From the NCBI GenBank assembly GCA_040386775.1, contig JAZKEU010000013.1, positions 76,005 to 140,004 on the forward strand: 64,000 nt of DNA, written 5' to 3'. Positions 27,600 to 37,264 of this stretch are shown one piece after another. Made by a program: the position numbers and the translations under genes. The notes under the pieces were generated by a model that was given only the letters and a program-made list of their open reading frames with translations, did no database searches and was not told where the DNA came from. Position 1 is the stretch's first letter. Every line of letters starts with the position of its first letter. Origin of the DNA: Bdellovibrionota bacterium (GTDB lineage: Bacteria > Bdellovibrionota > Bdellovibrionia > Bdellovibrionales > JAEYZS01).

Positions 27600-29471
27600 A
27601 TGGATTTAAGAAATATTTGTATCATTGCTCACGTCGATCACGGGAAAACTACACTTGTTGACCATTTGTTAAAACAGTCAGATACGTTCGGCGCACGCGA
27701 ACAACTCGATGATAGAGTAATGGATTCTATGGATCTTGAAAGAGAAAGAGGGATCACGATTTCTGCAAAGAATGCGGCGATCAAAAAAGGCGATACAAAA
27801 ATCAATATCGTTGATACTCCCGGACATGCTGACTTCGGTGGAGAAGTGGAAAGAATTTTAGGAATGGTAGACGGCGCTTGTCTTTTGGTAGACGGAGCTG
27901 AAGGCCCGCTTCCACAAACTCGTTTCGTATTGCAAAAAGCTCTTCAGAGAGGCCAAAAAGTAATTCTCGTTGTAAACAAAGTGGATCGTCCAGAATGTCG
28001 TGGTACTACTAGAGTTCAAGAGATCGTGGATCAAACTTTCGATCTATTCATCGATTTAGGTGCAACTGATGCTCAAGCAGAATTCAAAATTTTATACGCA
28101 TGCGCTCGTTACGGTTGGGCAACAGAGAACTTTGATGAAGTGGAAGACTTAATCGAAGGCAGAAAAAAAGGTTCACTAGAACCACTTTTCAAAGCAATTC
28201 TTTCTGAAATTGCTCCAGCTAAAGTTGATCTTAAAGCTCCATTCCAAATGTTGATTTCAAACATTGGATGGAATGATTTTGTTGGTCGTCTAGCGATCGG
28301 GAGAATCACGGCTGGTCAAATTAAAGCTACAGATCAAATGTACAGAAAAGGTATTAACTCAAAAGGTGAACCTTTAGATGAAAAATTCAAGGCTTTAAAG
28401 ATTTTCACTTACAATGGATTAAAACAAGTTGATGCAGAAGTTGTTCAAGGCGGTGACATCGTTGCTGTTGCGGGTAGCGATGAATTCCAAATCGGGGATA
28501 CATTAACTCAAGATCCAAATACAAAACCACTAGAGAGAATTCATGTTACAGCCCCAACACTTGCTATGGTGTTCTCAGTGAACACTTCTCCATTCTCTGG
28601 TCGAGATGGTGAAGCTGTACAATCTAGAAAATTAAGAGAAAGATTATTAAGAGAAGTTCGTCACAACGTTGCGATTAAATTCGGCGAGACAGAAGTTCCA
28701 GATCAATTTAGAATTTTTGGTCGCGGTGAACTTCAGTTCTCTATTCTTATTGAGCAAATGAGAAGAGAAGGCGTTGAAATCATGGTAGGTAAACCTATCG
28801 TGTTAACTGAAATGATAGACGGCGTAAAACATGAGCCGTTAGAAAGACTAAATTTAGATTTACCTGAAGATTACGCATCTGATGTAACAAGAATGTTCCA
28901 AGAAAGAAAAGGCGTTTTAGTTTCTTACGAAAATGCCGGTAGCTATTCTTCTTCAACTGGTGTGAAACAACGTGTTCGTTTGGAATTTGATGTTCCTACT
29001 CGTGGATTACTTGGAATGAGATCTAAATATTTAACTGCAACTCGCGGTGAAGGTATCATGAGCTCAATCGTTATCGGGATGACTCCTTGGAAAGGTGATA
29101 TGGTTCATAGAACTGCTGGTGCGATGATTTCTGATCGTACGGGAACTGTGACGGAATATGCTCTTCAAGGACTGGAGGATCGTGGGATGATGTTCGTAAA
29201 GCCAGGAGTGGATGTTTACGAAGGTATGATCATCGGGGAATTCAACAAAGATAACGATCTTAACGTAAATGCAGTGAGAGAAAAGAAACTCACAAACGTA
29301 AGAGCATCGGGAGCAGAAATCCTCGTGGCCCTTAAGGGTGTACGTGAGATGAGCTTAGAAAAATGCTTAGAGTGGATTGATGAAGACGAGTGGATTGAAA
29401 TCACTCCGAAGGAAATTCGCCTCAGAAAGAAGATTCTAGCTCAGAACATGCGTAGTATTCGTAGAGGATAA
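27600..29471 (+). CDS. typA: translational GTPase TypA/BipA
   Basis: AHVDHGKTTL, DTPGHADFGGEVER and NKVDR G-motifs; 623 aa, with BipA-type C-terminal region. Confidence 0.95.
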   Translation: MDLRNICIIAHVDHGKTTLVDHLLKQSDTFGAREQLDDRVMDSMDLERERGITISAKNAAIKKGDTKINIVDTPGHADFGGEVERILGMVDGACLLVDGAEGPLPQTRFVLQKALQRGQKVILVVNKVDRPECRGTTRVQEIVDQTFDLFIDLGATDAQAEFKILYACARYGWATENFDEVEDLIEGRKKGSLEPLFKAILSEIAPAKVDLKAPFQMLISNIGWNDFVGRLAIGRITAGQIKATDQMYRKGINSKGEPLDEKFKALKIFTYNGLKQVDAEVVQGGDIVAVAGSDEFQIGDTLTQDPNTKPLERIHVTAPTLAMVFSVNTSPFSGRDGEAVQSRKLRERLLREVRHNVAIKFGETEVPDQFRIFGRGELQFSILIEQMRREGVEIMVGKPIVLTEMIDGVKHEPLERLNLDLPEDYASDVTRMFQERKGVLVSYENAGSYSSSTGVKQRVRLEFDVPTRGLLGMRSKYLTATRGEGIMSSIVIGMTPWKGDMVHRTAGAMISDRTGTVTEYALQGLEDRGMMFVKPGVDVYEGMIIGEFNKDNDLNVNAVREKKLTNVRASGAEILVALKGVREMSLEKCLEWIDEDEWIEITPKEIRLRKKILAQNMRSIRRG

Positions 29472-29575
29472 GCTGTATAACGCGTAGAGTCTTATAATTA
29501 ATCAAGATTCATCATTTTAATAGTGAAAACCTTCCATGGTTCAGTGTAGAAGTTGCACAAACCAAAGGGGGGTCT

Positions 29576-30313
29576 ATGTTAAAGGTATTATCGATCGCTT
29601 TACTTGCATTCACTTTCAGCAACACCGTTCACGCAGAAGATTTAAATTCACCGTATTTTCAAATTAAGTCGCATTCAATCACAGAAGTTCCTGTGGATGC
29701 ATCTACAATGAAAAATTTAAGAAGCAATCAGGAGCTTCTAAAAATTCGTAGAGCTCAGGGCGAAAAAGATGGTCTTGATGATGTTCTTGGCGACATCTTA
29801 AATCCAGTTAAAGAAGTAGACGCAACTCTTGATGTGATCATCAATATGGGTGCGAAGATCTGGAAAATTTTCGAGGCATCTACACCGGTTGTAAACCTCA
29901 GTACGAAAAGAGCTAACGCAATTCCAAGAGAAGCTACGGACTGGAGAGACATGGCTGATTGGAGCGATGTTCAAGCTAGGCAATATTCAGTTTCTTATAA
30001 AAACGCTTTCAATTCTGAAGTTGTAAGATTCAGTGTTCTTATGACTTACACATATAACGGCACTCACAAAGGTAAGGGAAAATATCTTTCTGATGTTGGT
30101 TTCTTGGTCAATGAATATTGGGTTGCACCGCTTTATAAATTAGAAGGTGAATCTGAAGTTGTAAGAGTTCAAAACGTTGGTAGAGCTGATGCGCCAATTG
30201 CTGCCATGGAATTGAATATGGTTTGGAGAGTTAGCACGGTTCTTGTTAAATCTCAAAATGCTATAAACTACTATGTCAGAGGCGATGGTCCACTTACAGT
30301 GAGAGAGCTTTAA
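29576..30313 (+). CDS. secreted hypothetical protein
   Basis: GGGGGG SD and signal peptide MLKVLSIALLAFTFSNTVHA. No recognisable domain. Confidence 0.5.
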   Translation: MLKVLSIALLAFTFSNTVHAEDLNSPYFQIKSHSITEVPVDASTMKNLRSNQELLKIRRAQGEKDGLDDVLGDILNPVKEVDATLDVIINMGAKIWKIFEASTPVVNLSTKRANAIPREATDWRDMADWSDVQARQYSVSYKNAFNSEVVRFSVLMTYTYNGTHKGKGKYLSDVGFLVNEYWVAPLYKLEGESEVVRVQNVGRADAPIAAMELNMVWRVSTVLVKSQNAINYYVRGDGPLTVREL

Positions 30314-30350
30314 TTACTGATTAGTTTTTATACCGATTGATTTTCGTAGA

Positions 30351-30381
30351 AATGGCTAGGCTTTGACCTAGCCATTTTTTT
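30351..30381 (+). terminator. rho-independent terminator
   Basis: AATGGCTAGG / CCTAGCCATT perfect 10-bp stem, 6-nt loop, T7 run. Confidence 0.8.
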
Positions 30382-30422
30382 GTCTTCATGACTTTTTCTC
30401 TGAATTCGTATCAAAATACCGT

Positions 30423-30974
30423 ATGTGTAAAAATGTATTATTGGTTATTTGTTCAATTAGCGTTATTTTTTGTACGCAATCTTTTGCTACAAATTCGGAA
30501 CTAGATACAGCTTCTGATATTGTTGCGACTATAGCGAAATGGAAAGGTATGACTAAACAACAAAAAATAGAAAAAGTATTCAATGAGCTCAACTCAGAAA
30601 ACATGGAGTTGCTATACACATTCTATGATCAATTTGTATTGTTCGAGGACCCCGTGGGAACTCATAAAGGCATTGATGCTGTGAGAAAATATTACGAAAA
30701 TCTTTACAAGAATGTAGAGTCTATAAAATTTGATTTCTCTAATCATGTTTGCGATTCTAATCAATGCGTGTCTATGTGGACTATGCATCTCAAGGCTAAA
30801 AATTTAAATGGCGGCGAGCCCATCGCGGTTATCGGAAACTCGTTCATTAAATTCGATAAGGATGGCAAAGTTATTTACCATAGGGATTACTTTGATATGG
30901 GTGAGTTTATATATGAAAGAATTCCTATTCTAAAAAACATCATCAAGTTTATTAAAAATAAATTAAAGGAATAA
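30423..30974 (+). CDS. SnoaL/NTF2-like fold protein with signal peptide
   Basis: 183 aa. Hydrophobic N-terminus, and position immediately before a DUF1295 gene, a commonly seen pairing. The fold assignment is from pattern memory. Confidence 0.45.
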   Translation: MCKNVLLVICSISVIFCTQSFATNSELDTASDIVATIAKWKGMTKQQKIEKVFNELNSENMELLYTFYDQFVLFEDPVGTHKGIDAVRKYYENLYKNVESIKFDFSNHVCDSNQCVSMWTMHLKAKNLNGGEPIAVIGNSFIKFDKDGKVIYHRDYFDMGEFIYERIPILKNIIKFIKNKLKE

Positions 30975-30976
30975 GA

Positions 30977-31765
30977 GTGATTGCATTTAAAATCATTTCC
31001 TTGGGAATTTTGGCTTCAGTAGTGTTGATGAGCATGCTTTGGTGGATTTCACTCAAGATAAAAAATGCCGCGATTGTGGATGTAGGTTGGGGAATTAGTG
31101 TTTTAATTTATTGTTGCTTTTATTTTTTTGGAACTGATGGGCTTCAAGCAAAAGAATTTTTGGCGTTAATGACCGTATTGATTTGGTCAGGAAGACTGTC
31201 CTATCATCTTTACAATGATAGAATTAAGGGTGGTAAGGAAGAAGAAGGGCGTTACAAAAAACTCAGAGAATATTTTAAAACTGATATTTCTAAAAAGTTT
31301 TTCTTTTTTTTCCAAGCACAGGGATTATTTAATTTTGTACTGTGTACACCATTTCTAATCATTGCTTTGAATCCATCAAGACAGGTGAAGTTTTTGGATT
31401 TAATGGCGTTTGCACTTTCTTACCTGGCAATTTTTGGTGAGACCACAGCAGACTATCAATTGAAACAGTTTAAGAAAAATCCTGAGAATAAAGGAAAAGT
31501 TTGCGATGTGGGGCTTTGGGGCTACTCGAGACATCCAAATTATTTCTTTGAATTCTTGATTTGGGTGGGATTCTTTTTGATGGGAGTCGGCGAACCCTAT
31601 GGATTCCTGGGAATCGTAGCTCCTGCTTCAATTCTTTATACGCTGCTTAAATTCACAGGCATTCCCGCTACAGAAGAGCAGGCGGTGCGCACCAAGGGCC
31701 AATTGTACAAAAACTATCAAGAAAGAGTTAGCGCATTTATTCCTTTGCCTCCTAAGAAATTTTAG
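30977..31765 (+). CDS. DUF1295 / steroid-5-alpha-reductase-like membrane protein
   Basis: Multi-TM protein with GLWGYSRHPNYFFEFLIWVGF, typical of DUF1295. GTG start. Confidence 0.8.
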   Translation: MIAFKIISLGILASVVLMSMLWWISLKIKNAAIVDVGWGISVLIYCCFYFFGTDGLQAKEFLALMTVLIWSGRLSYHLYNDRIKGGKEEEGRYKKLREYFKTDISKKFFFFFQAQGLFNFVLCTPFLIIALNPSRQVKFLDLMAFALSYLAIFGETTADYQLKQFKKNPENKGKVCDVGLWGYSRHPNYFFEFLIWVGFFLMGVGEPYGFLGIVAPASILYTLLKFTGIPATEEQAVRTKGQLYKNYQERVSAFIPLPPKKF

Positions 31766-31811
31766 TGATTTAATTGTGTGCATCTTGTCTTAAACTCTTT
31801 GGGGGATGCGT

Positions 31812-33443
31812 ATGAAAATTCTAATAGCTTTAACTCTTCTTATAATGGCAATGCCTGCTCATGCAGAATGGATGATTCAAAGAATCGTTGATGGAAAAGG
31901 CAAAGTGATTGAAGTTGAAAGTGCCAAGCCAACGGAAATTAAAATTTCTGGAGATACGTTAATAAAAAGACATATTCACGAGCAGATAGCAGAAACTTCA
32001 GTCATAAAAAAATCGAATAGATTTTATCAGGAGCTTGTAGTTTCAGATGAATATTTTGAAAAAAACTTTTCTGATTTACCTCAATTGAAAATTCGCAAAG
32101 TTTCTATCGGCTGGCCGGGATCTGAAGTCAGAACAATTGTGAATCAAGGTCCTACGGCAAATAGAATTGATCTTACAATCGTGGGTGATGGTTATACGGC
32201 TGAAGAAAAAGATAAATTCTTCGATGACGTTGCTAGAATGACTGACGATATGTTCAAGGGCCAGACGTTTGCGACATATTTGCCGCTCTTTAACGTTCAT
32301 GCTGTATTTGTCCCTTCGGAAGAATCGGGATTGTCAGATTTCGTTACAAAAAGAACGGCCCTTGGACTTTATAGAAATCCTAAAGGTTCAAAAAGAGCAA
32401 TCATGCCAGGGAATACTTCGGCGATAGAAAGAGCAATTGCTCTCTCACCAGATGCGGATTATCCAATCTTAATTGCTAATGACAATTATTACGGTGGTCT
32501 CGGCGGAAGATATGCAATCTCTACAAGATCAGTGCAGACGGGAACAGTGGTTCTGCGTCATGAACTGGGTCACAACTTTGGCGAAGTGGGCGAAGAGTAC
32601 GATGGTGGGCAAGTTTATAGTGGGGCGAACAGTTCAAGATCAAGTAATGTTCCTTGGAAAAATTGGTTGAAGAATGGAAAGCTTGAAGTTTATGAGAGTA
32701 AGTTTTTATCTGGAAACTACCTCTGGAAAAATCTAAAAGAGGGAAGCTTTAAAGTAACTTTCAATTTTCCTGGGCCACAATATCTTTATGATATTGATAT
32801 CAGCTCGGTGGGTTGGAAGACTCCGCAAGATGTAGAGGTGCTTTTGGATGGACAAGTGAAAGAACTTGAAGGTGTTTGGACGGAGGACAGAAGTTTCTTT
32901 AAATTTGCGAATCCTGAAACATTATCTGCTGGTGTGCACACAATCGAAATTCGCGAAAAAATTAAAGATGGCGATAACGTTCTAGCTTTTGCAAATATTT
33001 ACGCACATCCAGCAAACCTCAACAAAGAAAAGCACTTTGTCGGTGCCTTCAATACTTTTTATGGACCAGGTCAGCCCTCGGGCTTTCGTCCTACGTATGA
33101 TTCTTGTTTGATGAGAGACATGAGATCTGTGGATTTCTGCTCTGTAGACAAAGAAAATATGTGGAGAAAATTTTTAGGAACTGTAAACTTAGTGGATAGT
33201 TATAAAGTTGAGAGTACGAATAATTCTGATGTACTTAATTTAGTTACTCCGCCGCTTTCTCATCTTGCGGTTACGATTTCTAGAAATACGACCATGGGTT
33301 GGGTTGTGGTCCATACAAGTACGGGCAGTGAGAAGATTGTTTTACCAGGAAAAGGTCAGTACAAATTAGATGCCGTGTTTGCGCATCCAGAGGTGACTGG
33401 TGGCGATGGTGAGATTAAAGAGTCGTTCAATTTTAGCAACTGA
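31812..33443 (+). CDS. secreted M64-like (IgA-peptidase family) zinc metallopeptidase
   Basis: Signal peptide MKILIALTLLIMAMPAHA and HEXXH in VVLRHELGHNFGEVGEEYDGG. Start set at the second ATG (31812), 6 nt after the GGGGG SD. Confidence 0.72.
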   Translation: MKILIALTLLIMAMPAHAEWMIQRIVDGKGKVIEVESAKPTEIKISGDTLIKRHIHEQIAETSVIKKSNRFYQELVVSDEYFEKNFSDLPQLKIRKVSIGWPGSEVRTIVNQGPTANRIDLTIVGDGYTAEEKDKFFDDVARMTDDMFKGQTFATYLPLFNVHAVFVPSEESGLSDFVTKRTALGLYRNPKGSKRAIMPGNTSAIERAIALSPDADYPILIANDNYYGGLGGRYAISTRSVQTGTVVLRHELGHNFGEVGEEYDGGQVYSGANSSRSSNVPWKNWLKNGKLEVYESKFLSGNYLWKNLKEGSFKVTFNFPGPQYLYDIDISSVGWKTPQDVEVLLDGQVKELEGVWTEDRSFFKFANPETLSAGVHTIEIREKIKDGDNVLAFANIYAHPANLNKEKHFVGAFNTFYGPGQPSGFRPTYDSCLMRDMRSVDFCSVDKENMWRKFLGTVNLVDSYKVESTNNSDVLNLVTPPLSHLAVTISRNTTMGWVVVHTSTGSEKIVLPGKGQYKLDAVFAHPEVTGGDGEIKESFNFSN

Positions 33444-33454
33444 GAGGAGTGAAA

Positions 33455-33850
33455 ATGCCGAATACACACAGTCTCGGAGTTGGATATTTACTTTGGGTTT
33501 TTGGTTTTATGGGCGCCCATAGATTTTATTACGGTAAAACCAAAACTGGCATTTTGTACTTCTGCACATTGGGATTATTATTTGTAGGCTGGATTGTCGA
33601 TGTGTTTCTTATTCCAGCCATGGATCGTGAAGCGAGCTTTTCTTATAAAGAAGGCGAAGTGAACTATACAGTTGCTTGGATTCTCCTCACGTTTTTAGGA
33701 ATTTTCGGTGTTCATCGGTTCTATATGGGAAAATGGATTACTGGAATTCTCTATCTTTTAACGGGCGGACTTTTTATGGTTGGTTATCTTTATGATTATT
33801 GCACTCTGAACGAACAAATCAGTGCCCAAAATCAAACTCGTGTATCATAA
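33455..33850 (+). CDS. TM2-domain membrane protein (two TM2 repeats)
   Basis: Repeated motif GAHRFYYGKTKTGILY / GVHRFYMGKWITGILY. GAGGAG SD lies 5 nt before the ATG at 33455. Confidence 0.8.
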   Translation: MPNTHSLGVGYLLWVFGFMGAHRFYYGKTKTGILYFCTLGLLFVGWIVDVFLIPAMDREASFSYKEGEVNYTVAWILLTFLGIFGVHRFYMGKWITGILYLLTGGLFMVGYLYDYCTLNEQISAQNQTRVS

Positions 33851-33857
33851 TTAAATC

Positions 33858-34394
33858 ATGTACGAACTGGTTTCTTTTAAACCAAGCTCGCAAACGAGCA
33901 AAATAAAAATTTATGCTGAAGCTTTTAAAACAAATGAAGAGCTTCGGATCTGCTTCATTATCGAAGATCAGAGTGATCTAGTTTATTGGGAAGATAGCCA
34001 AAAAGTTCCTTCTCGTAGGCATGAGCTTTGGAAAGCCACGTGTTTTGAAACTTTCTTTGGTATTGAGGGGAAAGATGCTTACTGGGAACTCAACCTATCG
34101 ATAGGTGGAAGTTGGAATTTCTATAGTTTTGATGCTTACAGAAACCCTTTAGAGCCTAGAGAAGAGTCAAAGGTGACCAAGATCGGGTTCAATAAAGTCC
34201 AAGAAGGTAATGCCATCACCAGGTTGGAAGTAATGATCCCCATTCAAAGTCTTAATCTGCAAGGCAAACTAGAAATTAGTCTGAACTCGGTGATAGAATT
34301 TAAGAATAAAGAAAAAGCTTACTTTGCGATCAAGCATGTGGGCGCTAAACCCGATTTTCATCAGAGAGATTCATTCGTATGCAACTTGGTATAG
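33858..34394 (+). CDS. hypothetical protein (possibly DOMON/CBM9-like beta-sandwich)
   Basis: 178 aa. ELWKATCFETFFG...YWELNLS..GSWNFYSF resembles CBM9/DOMON-like families, but this is weak. Overlaps the next gene by 16 nt. Confidence 0.4.
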   Translation: MYELVSFKPSSQTSKIKIYAEAFKTNEELRICFIIEDQSDLVYWEDSQKVPSRRHELWKATCFETFFGIEGKDAYWELNLSIGGSWNFYSFDAYRNPLEPREESKVTKIGFNKVQEGNAITRLEVMIPIQSLNLQGKLEISLNSVIEFKNKEKAYFAIKHVGAKPDFHQRDSFVCNLV

Positions 34395-35575
34395 AAGTTC
34401 TTCTTCAAGATAAGAAATTATTAAAATATTTAAAAACAAAACGCGTCTCTCTTGTTTGCCATCCGGCATCTGTGGATCATAAGCTCAATCACAGTTTGGA
34501 TCTCTTGCAGGGCAAAGTGAAGTTAACCTCGGCGTTTGGTCCTCAGCACGGTGCTAAGGGCGACAAGCAAGACAACATGATTGAAACTGCCGATGAAATT
34601 CATCCGCATTACAAAATTCCAATTTTCAGTCTTTATGGTGAGGTGAGAAGACCAACCCTTAAGATGATGGATACGTTTGATGTGGTTCTCTATGACCTTC
34701 AGGATCTTGGCTGTAGGATTTATACTTTTATCACAACGCTATTTTATATCATGCAAGAGTGTGAAAAATTTCAAAAAGAAATTATCATTCTAGATCGTCC
34801 CAATCCCATCGGACGAGGAATTGAAGGTATGATCTTGGAAGAAGGTTATGAAAGTTTTGTTGGTGCAGGTCCGATTCCGATGAGATACGGGCTGACTGTA
34901 GGTGAGTTGGCGATGTGGTTTAAAGATCACTTTAAAATGAATGTAAATTTAAAAGTTGTTAAAATGAAAGGCTATTCGCCAACAAAAAAACCAGGTTATG
35001 GTTGGCCACAAGATTTGGCCTGGGTAAATCCGAGTCCAAACGCGCAGACACTCACGATGGCAAGAGCTTATACGGGTACAGTGATGATTGAAGGTACTCA
35101 TCTTTCTGAAGGAAGAGGGACTACAAGAGCCCTAGAAATTATTGGTGCTTCGGACATTGATTTTCCTCAAGTGTTAAAAACTATGGAGACGATGGGGAAA
35201 AGTTGGTTGAGGGGCTGTGTCCTTCGCCTTTGTAATTTTGAGCCTACATTTCATAAGCATGAGAAAAAACTTTGCTCGGGAATTCAAATTCATACGGATG
35301 ATGCTTTCTATAACTCCACTCAATTCAAACCTTACAGAATTGTAAGCTTGATGCTGAAAGCCATCAAAGAAGTACATCCTAACTATGAAATTTTCAGAGA
35401 CTTCCCTTACGAATATGTAACCGACAAATTGGCCTTTGACGTCATCAATGGCGGCCCTAAGTTGCGTGAGTGGATCGAGAATAGATCTGCTAAGCCTGCG
35501 GACTTAGATAAAATCCTCCAAAAAGATGAAAAACGCTGGGCAAAAGAATCTCGCAAGTTTTATTTGTACAAATAA
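34379..35575 (+). CDS. DUF1343 family protein (NamZ-like exo-beta-N-acetylmuramidase family)
   Basis: 398 aa. N-terminal KRVSLVCHPASV, then IFSLYGE, DLQDLGCRIYTF and EGRGTT match DUF1343. Confidence 0.78.
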   Translation: MQLGIEVLLQDKKLLKYLKTKRVSLVCHPASVDHKLNHSLDLLQGKVKLTSAFGPQHGAKGDKQDNMIETADEIHPHYKIPIFSLYGEVRRPTLKMMDTFDVVLYDLQDLGCRIYTFITTLFYIMQECEKFQKEIIILDRPNPIGRGIEGMILEEGYESFVGAGPIPMRYGLTVGELAMWFKDHFKMNVNLKVVKMKGYSPTKKPGYGWPQDLAWVNPSPNAQTLTMARAYTGTVMIEGTHLSEGRGTTRALEIIGASDIDFPQVLKTMETMGKSWLRGCVLRLCNFEPTFHKHEKKLCSGIQIHTDDAFYNSTQFKPYRIVSLMLKAIKEVHPNYEIFRDFPYEYVTDKLAFDVINGGPKLREWIENRSAKPADLDKILQKDEKRWAKESRKFYLYK

Positions 35576-35618
35576 ATCTCTTATGATCTCATAAAAGGTA
35601 CTTTAACGGGGGGATTCT

Positions 35619-36953
35619 ATGATTCGTAATATTTTTGTGGCAGCTGTTGCTGTTCTTTTAACATCTGCATCTTTTGCAGCTAACGTTCAAGAGGGTGCTT
35701 TTGTTCTTGATCAAGATAAATCTATTTTGAGATCTATGGCGGTAAATAAGGATTTAACTTTTGACCATCCAAGCATCAATGGATTTGAAGTTTATGGTCC
35801 AAAGGGTCTTTATCAATTTTTAAGAAATTCTGGAGTTCAATTTGTTGAGTTGAACAGCTTGCAGTTAATGACAGAGGATGTTCTTGATTATCCATCTCCA
35901 GAGCAAATCGAAGCACAACTTAAAGATCTAAATGCGGCCTATCCGCAATTGACTCAATTGATTGAAATCGGTCGTACCAATGATGGACGTCCACTTTTAG
36001 TTTTAAAAATTTCTGACAACGCGGCTATCGATGAGACTGAGCCAGAGTTTAAATATATTTCTTCTATGCACGGTGATGAGATCACAGGCCGTGAAGTGAT
36101 GGTGGCTCTTGCGCAAAAGATCTTAAAAGAATATTCAGTAAATCCAGCTATCAAGCAATTAGTTGATTCTACAGAAATCTACATCATGGCTTCGATGAAT
36201 CCAGATGGTTCTTATAGAAGACAAAGAGGAAATGCAAACTACGCAGACTTAAATAGAGATTTCCCTGATTTTTCTACCAGCGATAATCAAGACACTCCGG
36301 CAGGTCGTGAAATCGAAACTCAACATATTATGAAGTTTCAAAAATCAAGACAGTTTGCTCTTTCTACAAACTTTCACGGTGGTGCAGAAGTAATGAACTA
36401 TGCTTGGGATACAATTCCAGACAAGCATCCGTTCAATGATCTACTTATTGAAATTGCCTTGGATTACGCAAATAAAGCAACCTACATCAAAAATAACGGT
36501 GAATTTGAGAATGGAATCACGAATGGTTACGCTTGGTATGAAGTGAATGGTGGAATGCAAGACTGGAGTTACCATTGGTACAACGATCTTCAGTTCACGG
36601 TTGAGCTTTCAACCTCAAAATGGCCATCATACAGCAAAATTCCATACTACATTGAGCAAAACCAAGAGGCATTGATTTCTCAAATTGGTTATATTCATCA
36701 AGGTGCTGGATTTAAATTTGATCAATCTGGAATTGATGGAAAAGTTCAAATTTCGAAAATTGAAGGAAATGCTTTGAGAAATCTTGGTATTTACAATTTT
36801 AGAAATTCTGAATTCTACAAAGTATTACCAAAAGGTGAATATACGTTTGCAATCAACAGCCAGCAATTGAAAGGTACTAAAAGCATTCAAGTTGCAGTTG
36901 AAAAGCAAGACAACAAGTCCATTACTCCAAACTATGTGATTTTATCAGAATAG
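35619..36953 (+). CDS. secreted M14 zinc carboxypeptidase
   Basis: Signal peptide. HxxE zinc motif SSMHGDEITGRE, NPDG, and third His in NFHGGAEVMNY. C-terminal beta-sandwich-like tail. Confidence 0.9.
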   Translation: MIRNIFVAAVAVLLTSASFAANVQEGAFVLDQDKSILRSMAVNKDLTFDHPSINGFEVYGPKGLYQFLRNSGVQFVELNSLQLMTEDVLDYPSPEQIEAQLKDLNAAYPQLTQLIEIGRTNDGRPLLVLKISDNAAIDETEPEFKYISSMHGDEITGREVMVALAQKILKEYSVNPAIKQLVDSTEIYIMASMNPDGSYRRQRGNANYADLNRDFPDFSTSDNQDTPAGREIETQHIMKFQKSRQFALSTNFHGGAEVMNYAWDTIPDKHPFNDLLIEIALDYANKATYIKNNGEFENGITNGYAWYEVNGGMQDWSYHWYNDLQFTVELSTSKWPSYSKIPYYIEQNQEALISQIGYIHQGAGFKFDQSGIDGKVQISKIEGNALRNLGIYNFRNSEFYKVLPKGEYTFAINSQQLKGTKSIQVAVEKQDNKSITPNYVILSE

Positions 36954-37005
36954 TCTTTAATGGTTAGATAGAGGATTTAATCTACTAAATTCTTCTTATA
37001 ACAAC

Positions 37006-37040
37006 AAAAACCCAATCCACCTAGGATTGGGTTTATTTTT
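37006..37040 (+). terminator. rho-independent terminator
   Basis: AAACCCAATCC / GGATTGGGTTT 11-bp stem, 5-nt loop, followed by TATTTTT. Confidence 0.8.
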
Positions 37041-37173
37041 ATCTGGCGTATTTCTCCTCTGAAAAACGTATCAAAAATATCCAATCTCATTATGATCGAT
37101 AAATTTTAAAAATACCGTCGAACTTTTTTTCATCTCTTGTATCGATATTGGAATGATCAAAAAACTGTCTAAA

Positions 37174-37238
37174 GTTTGTAGTTCTATTTTGATTAAAATT
37201 GTTGAAATCATGAATAAAACTACAAACATTGCTATAAT
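37174..37238 (+). promoter_or_regulatory. 10-bp inverted repeat flanking a candidate promoter (TATAAT at 37233..37238)
   Basis: GTTTGTAGTT (37174..37183) and AACTACAAAC (37218..37227) are perfect reverse complements 34 nt apart. TATAAT lies 5 nt downstream of the right arm and 26 nt upstream of the ATG at 37265. Confidence 0.25.
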
Positions 37239-37264
37239 TAAATGGAAAGAGACTGGGGGAATTT

